A DNA stretch of 59,231 nt, the filler included, from Catajapyx aquilonaris (lineage: Eukaryota): the NCBI GenBank assembly GCA_000934665.2. It is 2 parts of 2 records of this genome, joined end to end, with 100 filler letters (N's around TTAATTAATTAA, not from the genome) between each part and the next. Parts side by side here need not be neighbours in the genome. Positions count along the whole stretch, not along the records: positions 1 to 29,565 come from JYFJ02004772.1; 1 more part is not named here. One strand, 5' to 3'. This document shows, one piece after another, positions 12,213 through 23,596 of the stretch (position 1 is the stretch's first letter; every line of letters starts with the position of its first letter). Under the pieces are notes generated by a model. The model was not told the origin of the DNA, did not search any database, and worked only from the letters and a program-made list of their open reading frames with translations. A program made the translations under genes and the position numbers.

Positions 12213-15087
12213 ATGGGTTGTTCTACCTCTTCCTTAACCCTCGTTACTAATGAGCAAATCACGATGTTACCGGTACCGAACAAGGAGAGTGACACAAACA
12301 GTGTTGACGTTGCAACAACATCAGACATTCAAGACGATGAAGTGTTTGAAGACAATTGGGAAATAGAAAAGGATCTATTTTGCGACGAAGATTTTCCGGC
12401 TGACCAGTCGTCAATAGGCGAACTAGGAGAACTTCCATTTCCAGTTACGTGGTGGCGACCACACGTAAGTAAATTTTTTTAGAGTTACCACTCACTTTAA
12501 GTGAAATAATCGCTGCTTTTTGAGTGAAATCACTCTCGATCACTGGAAGGAAAAATATTTTCACTCAAAATGAGTTGTCACTTCATTTAAATTTAGTGCG
12601 GAAAAGCTGTGGGATTTTTACAGTGGCCACTCAATTTAAGTGAAATGACAACTCATTTTGAGTGGAAAACTTTCCCTCGAGTGATCGAATTATTTCACTC
12701 AAAACCAGTCGAGATGAGTCGGAAACGCTCGAAATTTTTAAGAGTGGCTACTCGTTTTCAGGGAAATGATAACTTGTTTTGAGTGAAATAACTCGACTAC
12801 TCGAGCGAAAAGTTCACTCAAATTGAGTGATTCATTTCACTTCAATTTGAGCATAAATTCCCCATTCAGATTTATCGATCACTGGAGTGATTTCGCTTAA
12901 AACGAGTGGTCATTTCACTCAAACTGAGTGGAACACAGCTCGAAAATTCTTTGAGTGAAATGACCACTCGTTTTGAGGGATTCATTTCACTTCATTTTGA
13001 GTATAAAATCCCCATTAAAATTGATCAATCACTGGAGTGATTTCACTTAAAACGAGTGGTAATTTCACTCAAACTGAGAGGAACACAGCTCGAAAATTCT
13101 TTGAGAGAAATGACCACTCGTTTTGAGTGAAATTCACTCGAGTAATCGATCACTTGAATGAAATCACTCGATGACTTGAGTGAAAGATTTCACTTAAAAT
13201 GAGCTGCCCAACATACCAACAAACTTTCTGCTTTATATGTAGAAATATGAGTGGAACAAAATGTTTTTTTTTTTCTCCTTCCAACAGGAATTGAGTGACA
13301 ATCCGGTACTAATTTCGGATGAAAGTGGTCGCTGCGATTTGAAGCAAGGTTCGTTGAGCGACTCTTGGATAATGGCTGCCATGTCTGGTCTGGCCCAATA
13401 TCCCCACTTGAAGAACAAGGTTCTGGATCCGAACCAGGTCCTGTTTGGTCCAAAGTACGATGGATCCATAAGGGTCAACCTCTGGAAATTTGGGCGATGG
13501 AAGACTGTGGTGATAGACGACAGACTGCCAGTGTTTGACTGGGACGAAACTTACTGCTTGCCATTTGCTAACTGCGCAAACACAAACGAGTTCTGGGTGC
13601 CTCTTTTGGAGAAAGCAATTGCCAAGTAAGTCAGAGCACAGTGTGAAAATCGAGTGTGCGCACCCACATTCGCGCAGCTCCATTTGTTCTGAGACAACAA
13701 CATTGCCAGAGTTACGCTCCTGTAGCACCGTCCAGGCTGCGCTAACTGTGGTGCGCCGTTGGAAACTTTCATATTTGTGATAATGTTCGTATGTTTATTC
13801 ACAGGTGGAATACGAGTTATGCTGCTTTGAACGAAGGTTTGTCATGGGAAACTCTGCCTCTTTTGACCGGAGGAGTCCAGGACATGGTGGTGCTTGGTAC
13901 TGACCCGTACCAGGTCGACCTGGACGGAATGTTGGGTCAACTGAAGACAGCGCTTGAGACCAATGCGGTCATCACCTGTCGTTATAAGGACCAGGAAAGT
14001 GAAGAAACCGAGTCACCGATTGTAGACAAAAAGAAGATTACAGGTCAGGCGTATAGGGTGACCGGTGTTTCAGAGGTCACACTGTCCGATCAGGAAAAGG
14101 TCAACCTGGTCAGAGTGTGGGATCCTTCATGGAACAGTGTCACCGAATGGAAAGGAGCATGGAGCGACGGGTAAGAAAGGCTGGTAAATCAGGTCAAAGG
14201 TCACCCTTAATAATTGTTATGTCTTTTTGAAAGGGACGAGATATGGGACAAAGTGAGCGATGAAGTTCGAAAGGACCTGGAATCCGATCTGTCCTCTCCA
14301 AACGGCGAGTTTTGGATAGGCCTCGATGATTTTGGGAATGATTTTGAGCCAGTGGTCATAAGCCACGTGGTGCCCGATCTGGACATCATTTCCGGTAAGA
14401 TCGAAGGAGTTTGGGACGAGACAGCTCCTGATTGGTGGAACCAGCAGTATTTGCTTAAAGTGGAGCCAATGGCTGCTGTGGAGACTTCCGTTATCATCAT
14501 ATCACTTATGCAAGGAGCTGTCGAAGGATCAACTCAAATGCTCAAACCCATCGGTTTTCCAACTTATAAGGTGATGCTATTATGCGATTCACGAGTCCTG
14601 GCCTGCTAGGCTCCTCCCCCGTCCTCCGCCCTCTGAAGGCGAGGTTGCCACGTCGTTGGGAGGAGGTGGGTGGAGCCTAACAGGCCAGGACTCGTGAATC
14701 GCATAATACTTAAGAACTTTTTTTAAACTAGCGCAACCTAGTGCGCACTCACACTTGCGCAATTGTTCGCTCGTTGCGCTCGTTACAAAATTAATCCATT
14801 GTGTTATTTTTTTAAAAAATATGAAAGACCTAATATCAAATTATTTGATTCAGATTGGAGGTGACACCAGCCGTACAGTTAAAGATGAATATCTGTCAGA
14901 TCTTCTTGCGTTTCCAACCCATAGTTATGTGGATTTCGATGAGGCAACCCGGAGGTTGGAGATGAAACCCGGATATTACGTAGTGATTCCTCTGGTTATG
15001 GGTCTGGAGCAAGGAGAGAAGAGAAGCTTCCTGCTTAGAGCTTACTCAGTATCTGGACTCAAAGTCAGTTTCAAACTTCTGACCTGA
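12213..15087 (+). CDS. Atypical calpain 3, predicted catalytically inactive (pseudoprotease) with intact reading frame
   Basis: Exons ~12213-12464, 13288-13625, 13805-14170, 14234-14570, 14854-15087; splice sites and phases conserved with calpain 2. Triad motifs read QGSLSDSW (C>S), GQAYR (H>Q), WDPSW (N>D). AATAAA follows the stop. Confidence 0.88.
12475..13260. repeat. CACTC/GAGTG repeat-family fragment filling calpain 3 intron 1
   Basis: Same ttcactcaaa/tttgagtgaaatgaccactc motifs as 9126-10463, including an internal tandem duplication at ~12830-13130. Confidence 0.75.
14578..14708. repeat. Short hairpin/MITE in calpain 3 last intron
   Basis: tattatgcgattcacgagtcctggcctgctaggctcc ... ggagcctaacaggccaggactcgtgaatcgcataata. 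Confidence 0.8.
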
Positions 15088-15491
15088 TCATATATATTAC
15101 AAAAGTATCAAATAAAAGTCTGAAACTGCTCACGATTGTATAACAATGTTAACAAAGTACCTAATAAGTCGACAAAGTGTTGTAAATACAGAAGATGTAC
15201 AATAGTATTAGAGAATCCCAAATTATATTTTGAATATATTGACAAAATGAGTCCGAAATTTTTATTTATTGTTCCCAGCAAGTATTGTCCCACATTTTGT
15301 TAAACTCAACTAAAAATTCATGTTTTTTTTTTTAAACGGCTGAATTTACAAACGAGGCCATTACTTTCCGGCACCGAGTCATGCAACAAAATTCAACAAA
15401 AAAAAATATTATCCTGCACAACCTGTGGCAGGATGTTATACCTTGTCTCACAACATGCATCAGACCGGTTAGTACTCATCCTTCCGCAGCC

Positions 15492-18400
15492 ATGAGAGGA
15501 CCACACTTCATCATCTCTATAGTGATCACATTGTACTTTTCGCAACAAAACAAGGTAAGTCAACTGTCCCAATTTCTGAAGCAAGTGGACCAGGGTGAAT
15601 GTCTGACAACCACTTTAGGTTGCTGCTTACGAGGATGTCCAGGGCATCCTTCCGAGACCTCCGAATTGTGGGATATCCCATGGTCATCTTCCGGATAACA
15701 AGAACCTGACAGCTCCAAAAGAGGCTTATCCTTGGGTAGTGCTTTTGGGATACGAGAGCAGCACAGGAAACACCATTTGGCCATGTCAGGGGACACTCAT
15801 TTCCTCTAAATATGTGCTGACCACTGCCCATTGCCTCAAAGCACGTGGAATGTAAGAATTTTATTTTAAAATTTATATCATTTGTAAAAAAAAAATTATA
15901 CCGTTTGCTGGCGCTGATAAACTAAGTTATTTAAAACTAGCTGAGGCACTCAAAGATGTGACTTCAGGTAAAGAGAATGATGAAAAAAACTACTCAAGAG
16001 TAATTATTCACAAGATTTTTATTGTGTAATGGTATATTTTTGCAGAAATTTGCAATTTGCACGATTGGGTGAGCAAGCTGCAGCATTTTCGGATGCTCCT
16101 CCACCTCAGAATATTCCAGTGGAAGAAGTGATTATTAACTTGAACTACCAGGCAATAGGATCAGGAAAATTTGCAAGTGACATTGGTCTCATCAGGCTTA
16201 AAGACCCTGCAAATTTCAACGGTAAGATTTTTTTTTCTATAGTATTTATGATATTATTACTCGTATCATTATTGGTGTAGACTATACTTTAAAAGCTATG
16301 GCGAAATTTTATTTTCTTTCTTATATAACTGCAGTAAGCAATCATATAATGTTGTTATTTTTATATAATTATATGCAGAGAATTTTCTGGCACCTAAAAT
16401 GTAAATATTTTATTGGCTTTTGTTATTTTTAATGTTCATTGTTATGCATATTTATTAGGGTATATCATTCAATACAATAAATGATTCAATACATTTATTT
16501 TTCACTAGAAAATTGTTAGAAATTTTCCTTGAATAATAATTATTAGTTTTTTTGGGTTGTGATGTTGCTCATTACATTATGATTATGACGGTTTATTTCA
16601 GCTACAAAGTACATATTTTTTATTATGCATTGTCGCCTGAATCCGCAGTTTACAGACCTCCCAACACATTGTATGGCATCAACACGAAATCTGATTACTT
16701 TTTGCGAAGACGAAAAATGTTGTAATGACAAATTAGGCGCCATATGCGCAAAATATTAGCGATTCAACACGACAGTTTCCCATGGCCTTGACGCTCTTCT
16801 GTATAATATAGCTAATCACTCAATAACAATTAAGTCTCGCTAACACTATATATGTTATGAAGGTCAAGAAAATCACGAAATGCTGCTTAGACCATGTGGT
16901 GCAAATCCAATATTCGCGTGCATATTTAGGTAATCGTGCTCAGCGCATCAGCCGTCGGCCGTTAATTACATGACTAATGTTTTTCCAATCAAGGTCGCAA
17001 AATAGGTTATACTGCACAAAACACACAAATGATGTTACCATCAAAAAAAATTTCAAACCCTAAAAAATGCATATTCAAGCCAAAATGCGACTCTGAAATT
17101 TTCTGAGAAAACACACGTAATTTAGAAAAATGCTAAAAGTTGAATAACCCTAACCAGGAAAAAAATAAATTATCGCGAGACCATCAGGGAAAAACCTTGA
17201 AAAACCTGTTCAACCCTGACCTTTGAAGGCCTGATTCTCCCAAAGCCAGTTGTTGGTTATCTAACTAAACTGGATTTTGTGCCATATTATTAGGTTGGCA
17301 CCAATAATATTCCTTACAGCTTCCGCATTATTTGCAAAAATTGAAGGGATGTATAGTGAACTCATATAGGTTTTATTTGGATAAAATCCTGCATGTTTTT
17401 GGATTATTTTGTGATATCAAGCAAGGAAAAATATTTTTATATATTTTTTAAAAAACATAATATTTTGTTACCGATGACTAGACTACTTTTAAAATTTTTT
17501 TGAACAGTTTGCCTTAACCAATTATTGCTAAAAGTCACTTCTCTTAATTTTTATTCGATGGCATATCTTGATTTATTTTGTGCCCTGATGTGTCAATAAT
17601 TTAATTTAAGTTTTACCGTTTGTCAAGCAGTATAAAGGTGATAATTATTTTTTTAAATAATAAATAATTACAATGAGTAATCTCGTAGCATTAAATCACC
17701 ATAACCATTATTATTATTATACAGATTTTTCTGGATTTTTTTGAAACCTATTTGTTGCAACTTTTTTGCAACATTGCAAAAAATATTATTGTCTCGCATT
17801 GCAGAGTATGTCGCTCCAGTGTGCTTAGACGTGAAAGGACGAGAAGTCCCCAAAATCCTTCCAGGAGAAAAGTTATCTGTAGCAGGCTATAAAAAAGGTT
17901 TGTATCTAACAACCATCTATAAAAGGCGCATAACAACTTATAACTACAGCAGGTTAATTTCGTAGAAGAAAAAAAAATTACTGTCATTTCAATTCGAACC
18001 AATTTTTTTTTCTATATGGTATTGCGGCAGTGTAGTTGCTGTGCGCCTGCAATTTGCTCACGGAGGTACACAACTGTACCGGATTTCCACAGAAGGTAAG
18101 GCGGACGCATCTCTACTTCACATCTGGATACGAAGCGTGGCAGAAGTGACCTGCGCACAAAACTACTCAGGGAAGCTGGAGCTCAACTTCAAGGAGATGA
18201 TGTGTCTGATGGGAGAAGAGGAGTCCAACCTGTGCAAAGGTACCTCTGGGATACCACTGATGAAGCAGGCAGGACCTTCGTCGTACCTGTACCAAGTAGG
18301 GTACGCCACACTCGGACCTGTCAACTGCGGAAAGTCGCCATCGGTCTACACAAAAGTGTCTGCCCACATGCCATGGATCCTCAGCGTCATGCGTCCATGA
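15492..18400 (+). CDS. Secreted trypsin-family (S1A) serine protease-like protein, CLIP-B/easter-like domain without a clip domain, non-canonical active site
   Basis: Exons ~15492-15554 (signal peptide), 15619-15851 (LPRPPNCG...AYPWVVLLGY...CQGTLISSKYVLTTAHC), 16046-16221 (ARLGE...SDIGLIRL), 17805-17897 (YVAPVCL...SVAGY), ~18093-18400 (MMC...LCKGTSGIPLM...CGKSPSVYTKVSAHMPWI). Confidence 0.85.
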
Positions 18401-18464
18401 AAATATACATCCGTTTATAAGTTTGTGGGACATCCTGTAGCAACAGGGAGAGCAGTAGAAAATT

Positions 18465-19040
18465 CTGAGTGAAAATTTTTCACTAAAGTGATCGCGTGAT
18501 TTCAATCAAAACGAGTGATAATTTCACCCAAATTGAGTGGAAAACGCTCGAAATATTTTAGAGTGAACACTCATTATGAGTGAAATTGCTCGATCACTGG
18601 ACTGAAATTTTTTCATTCAAAATGAGTTGGTCATTTCACTCAAATTGAGTGGAAAACGCACGAAATATTTTAGAGTGAACACTCATTATGAGTGAAATTG
18701 CTCGATCATTTGAATGGAATTTTTTCATTCAAAATGAGTTGGTCATTTTACTCAAATTGAGTGGAAAACGCACGAAATATTTTAGAGTGAACACTCATTA
18801 TGAGTGAAATTGCTCGATCATTTGACTGAAATTTTTTCATTCAAAATGAGTTGGTCATTTCACTCAAATTGAGTGGAAAACGCTCGAAATATTTTAGAGT
18901 GAACACTCATTATGAGTGAAATTGCTCGATCATTTGAATGGAATTTTTTCATTCAAAATGAGTTGGTCATTTTACTCAAATTGAGTCGATTTACTGCTTA
19001 AATTGAGTGGAATGGCCACTCATTTTGAGTGGAAATTTTA
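18465..19040. repeat. CACTC/GAGTG family array with four tandem 112-bp units
   Basis: The unit aaaacgctcgaaatattttagagtgaacactcattatgagtg... starts at ~18541, 18653, 18765 and 18877. Confidence 0.85.
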
Positions 19041-19208
19041 TCGGTAGGCTCGCTGCCGAATTTTTGTTACTGGGTCCCATTTAAGGAAAACACATATTCC
19101 CATCATTTTTGTTACCATTTATTAAGTGTACAGCACACATATTTTTTGGGGAGATATGTATCCAATAATAAGTGTTGACATAATTTGCGTGTGTACCTAG
19201 TATATTGA

Positions 19209-20494
19209 TTACTCCATTTTAGCAAATGAGCCCATTTCGAGCGCGATTCCGTTGCTGGATTGCGGTTCAAACGCGGCCAGAATCTCCTGGAAGGTGACGG
19301 TGTCCACGTTGTTTCCCAGCATGGTCAGCACATAGAAATCGCTGAGTCTGAGGTGGTTGACCAGCTGGTCAAAGTTGAGTATGTTGTTGTACAGGCCGGT
19401 ACGATGCATCAGGAGGAAGACTCGGAACCGAGGCAGCAGGAGGATCAGTACGTGTCGTACCATGTTCAGCGCTGTGACAACAGACAGAGCAACCATCCAG
19501 CAGTACAGGATGTAGTACATCTTCTCTGCGTACGAGCTGAGGTTGATCTGGCAGAGAAACTCGATGCCCGTGACGGTACCGGAGGACCCCATCTTGTGCA
19601 GGAGGCACGTGGCCACCCTAGGAAACACCTGGTGTTCCAAAGGTGCTTCCGATACCTGACAATAACGGAGGAGAGAATCTACATGTATCATAGTATATAA
19701 GGCAAAGTTTGTTTCGTTATGTACCTGGTATGGAAACGAAAAGAAGGCGCCGGACAAGTAGTGGTCGATCAGGAAGAAGTTTCCGATCACGTTGGCGAAG
19801 TTGAGTGCCTCGCAGGCCAGGTATGAAGAAGTCAGAAGGAGGTGGTTGGAGCCGGATTCCAGAAGGTACTTGGTCAGACGACGGGCGCCGAAGTCGGTGT
19901 TGTTGTTGTCGATGTTGTTGTTGCTGTGAAACGTGGCGATCATGCTGCTGATACGTCCCTGCTCGATGTTGCTCCAGATGTAATGAGGAAGGTAAAAGAA
20001 GATTGCTGTCGAAAAGAGAGGGTGTTTGTTTGTCCTAGCTGATAGTACCACTACCTATCGAGAGTGGCAGTAGTTTGCAGAGAAGGAGGATGCGCCATCT
20101 ACCGGTTAGGCAGAATAGTGCAGTTCATACCGTGTACGAGAAGCAGGATCGGTAACCAGCTGAAGTGTCTGTTGATGACTGATCCTTCCTCGGATGTTAG
20201 TGGTCCGATCTCATCTCCAGGGTACAGAGATCCGTAGGTGTTGGCACCATGATGTGCCACCGAGTACAACGGACTGTGCCAACACCGGTTGTTCACGTAC
20301 TGCTCGCTGACACGTTCGTCGTTCTGGGCAGCACAGTTTATCGGCGATACCCAGACGAAGTACATGGACGTCAGTACGGCACACGTGGCGAACACTGCCG
20401 TGGTGACAATGTAATGCAGACGGAACACACAACCTTCAGTCATCGCAGAACGGTACCTCAACATGTCAACGTACGAAACTGAGCACTGATGCAT
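19209..20494 (-). CDS. Divergent innexin A
   Basis: Exons ~20494-20131, 20005-19725, 19655-19209. Motifs: VFRLHY TM1, PINC...NNRCW (EL1 Cys pair), HFSWLPILLLVHAIFFYLPHYIW, CEALNFANV, FPRVATC..HKMGSSG....LCQINL...EKMY, SDFYVLTMLGNNVDTVTF. The start could instead be the ATG at 20464. Confidence 0.88.
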
Positions 20495-20755
20495 CGCCGG
20501 TGGTTGTTGACTACAATGTTGCTCAGATTCTTGTACTGGGTAAACAGCAGGGAATTTTCGCATTATACTGAGCAAATATTTCGCAAACAGCGTGATCCTT
20601 TCGTACTGGTATGCTCAAAATGCTGGAATTTGCGGTATGGATCGCACACATGTTAATGGAAACATTGTTTATTATATATTCAAAATTCATATACACAGTG
20701 ATTCATACTCCGGTCGATATGATTGCGAAATACCATGCACTGCATTTTTATTGTT

Positions 20756-23596
20756 TCATTTGGCCAGAGGTGTCATCTCCAACTCGTTGCCACCATACCC
20801 GGACAACGAAGTCAGCACCTCTTGGAAGCTGATGGTATCCATATTCTTTCCCAGTAAGTACAGGACCAGGAAGTCGTCGATTCGAGTACGATGCGTCAGT
20901 TCCTGGTAGTCCAAAACGTCGCGGGACAGTCCGGTACGGTACATCAGGTAGTAGTCACGAATCGGTCTGACACTGCAGAGAAGTACGTACCATACGAGGC
21001 TGAGAGCGGTCAGAACCATAAGCAAGATGAGCCAGCCGTACAAGAACGTGTACATGGTCTCGCAGAAATGACTTATCTTGACAAAACACGGGAAGCTGTG
21101 TAACTGGACCGTACCGCTGGGACCTAACTTTGCTACAGTGCACTTGACCGTGTCCGCAAAGACTGATGGCTCTCCACTGTCCTCCTTGTCGTACATCCCT
21201 CCGAAGGTCACGAACTCACCGGACAGATAGAAGTTGATGAGAAAGAAGTTGGCCAAAGCGTTGAATAAGTTGAGTGCAGTGCATACCGCGTACGACACAA
21301 AGTACATCATGTGGTTTGAACGCGATTCTTGCAGGTACTTGGCCAGTCGACGCACACGTGTCTTCGCGTCTTTGTCCTGGTTGTACGACGTGACGATACT
21401 GCTGATTCTTCCGTTCTCCATAACTCCCCAGATGTAACGAGGTACGTAAAACAGGAAGCCTGAAAAAAAATGCAGAAAAATAATAATATTTGTTGACAAA
21501 TCAACATATTACAAAAGGCAAAGCTTGTTGCTGGTTTGTTTGTCCAAGTTCGCCATGGCAACGTGTCGCCATGGAAACGGGCCGTGTGAAGAACGGGCTC
21601 CTCTGCGACTTTACATATATATAAAAGGCAAAGTTTGTTGGCAAAGGCAAAGTTTGTTGGTTTGTTTTTCCAAGTTTCTCCATGGCAACAAGTATCCATG
21701 GCAACACGTTGCCGTGTGAAGGACGGGCTATATAGTGGGAGCGGTACAAGTAAAATGACATAAAAATACCGCATTTGATGATAGAAGCAAGCCACTTTGC
21801 ACACTTGTTCCTAACACCATAAGGTTCAATTTGACCAGCAGTACCCTCAAAATTTTACCGTAGGATTCAAAATGGCGACCATCTTTTCAAAATGGCCGAA
21901 AATATCGAAAAGTGTTACTTTTTGGGGTAGTCATGAATGCGGGGTGTCGATTCCGCATGATTTAAGGTCGCTAAACTCGAATTTGGCCATACCAAGTTGC
22001 CATCTTGAATTATTTCGGCCCCAGAGGCGCCATTTTCCAAAATGGCGGCTTTTATTGTATACACCTCGAATTGTCCTAGAAGCGAATGTGATGTGTCGAT
22101 TCCGGGTCATTTCCACATGCGAAGCTCAAATATGAACTGACCTTGGCGACATTTTGTGTCAATTAGGCCCCACAGCCGCCATTTTCCTAGATGGCGGCCT
22201 GATGTATTCTGTAATCTCGGAGCTAGTCGAAGCGGTACACAAAAATATGCTGCAAAATCTTGCAGAAAGCAAGCCACTTTGCACAGACGTTCCATAGACC
22301 AAGACGATCAATTTGACCCGCAGCACCCTGACCCCTGACCTTGTGGGGTCAAATGGAGGCCATTTTTGAAAAAGAAAGTCATATATTTTTTGGTAAATTC
22401 CCAATTGCCTCTCCATGGCAATGTTGGTGTCATTTCCGCATATTTCGGGGTCGACAAGTCGATTGGTAACATGCCGGAGGTCATAAGGTCACTAGTTTGT
22501 GATCTATGACCTCCATTTTGAAATTACCCTACTGGGCTCTATCTAATGGTATTTGCGACTAAAAGGTGGCATGTGAGGTATAGGTATCGTTTAGATATAA
22601 TTTGATGTCATTGAAACCGAAAACGACAATAAAAATTCGGAACCATGCATCCAGTGACCTGTGGGGCGCCATATTGGGTTTCAACTTATACCTTTTGGTG
22701 GGGATGATTGTGCACCCGTAAGCGAATAGTATTAGACGTGTTTGGTAACCTTGCAGCATAATAATTCGAGGTCGCTAAGACGATTGGTCATATTCAGAAG
22801 GTCAGAAGGTCACTAGTTTGTGACCTATGGCCGCCATTTTGAAATTATCCTATCGGGAAATGTCTAAAGGTATTTGCATATGATGTGTGGCTTGTGAGGT
22901 GTCGATTACATATAATTTGCTGTCACTGAAACCAAAATATGCACTAAGATTTGACTTGCCTCTCTTGTTGCTGCATCTTCATTTGCATTTCTTATACAAT
23001 TGAGAGGGCATGGACGCCTGTGTGGTCCGAAAAGGATGAGATCTGGCCAGTTTGTCGAGCCCTCGATAGGTGCGGATGCGCCTCAAAATGCGACACAGTG
23101 CGCTGCAATTGCATGAGGGAGTCATTGCCATGCCCTCTCAAATGAAATGCAAACGAAGCTGCAGCAACAAGAGGCAAGTCAAATCTTAGTGCATATCATG
23201 CACTTTTTGTGCGACTTCTCAGATTCTAATATTCTTCTATAGCTTGTTGCATAATTTTTTAACAAATAATAAAAAATTAATTATTTTAAACGTCAGATAT
23301 AATAATTAATTACCATGAACGACCAGAAGAAAAGGCAGCCTATGGTAGTGCGTCGGATTAAAAACAGGACCGGGACCGAATTTTGTTGACCGAATGTTCC
23401 AGCAGTAGTTGTCGAGAGCATCACGTGACAACGGCGTATCGACGTTTCCGATGCATGACACTTTGGTGTCAAGGGTCAAGTAGACCAGGGAGGTCACCAG
23501 GGAGCAGATGAAAAATATGGCAGTTGTCACGCAGGAGTGGAGACGAAACACGCTGCCTGTTATGGTCGGACGAAACTTGAAGCACGCAAAGGCCAT
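20756..23596 (-). CDS. Divergent innexin B (two coding exons)
   Basis: Exon 1 23596-23314 (MAFACFKFRPTITGSVFRLHSC...VSC...NYCW...HYHRLPFLLVVH); exon 2 21459-20756 (GFLFYVPRYIWGVMENGRI...KCTVAKLGPSG....PC...DDFLVLYLLGKNMDTISF). The intron is a compatible phase-1 GT-AG intron. Confidence 0.88.
21505..21725. repeat. CCATGGCAAC-rich minisatellite at the 3' end of the innexin B intron
   Basis: Units of aaaggcaaagtttgttg...ccaagtt..ccatggcaac...ccgtgtgaa. A longer version occurs at 29020-29530. Confidence 0.8.
22937..23196. mobile_element. MITE-like element with ~70-bp inverted arms
   Basis: atatgcactaagatttgacttgcctctcttgttgctgca... / ...tgcagcaacaagaggcaagtcaaatcttagtgcatat. Confidence 0.8.

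Noticed and set aside
18541..18990. Regular repeats resembling a CRISPR array
   Set aside because: The 112-bp units are tandem with no unique spacers, there are no cas genes, and the context is eukaryotic.
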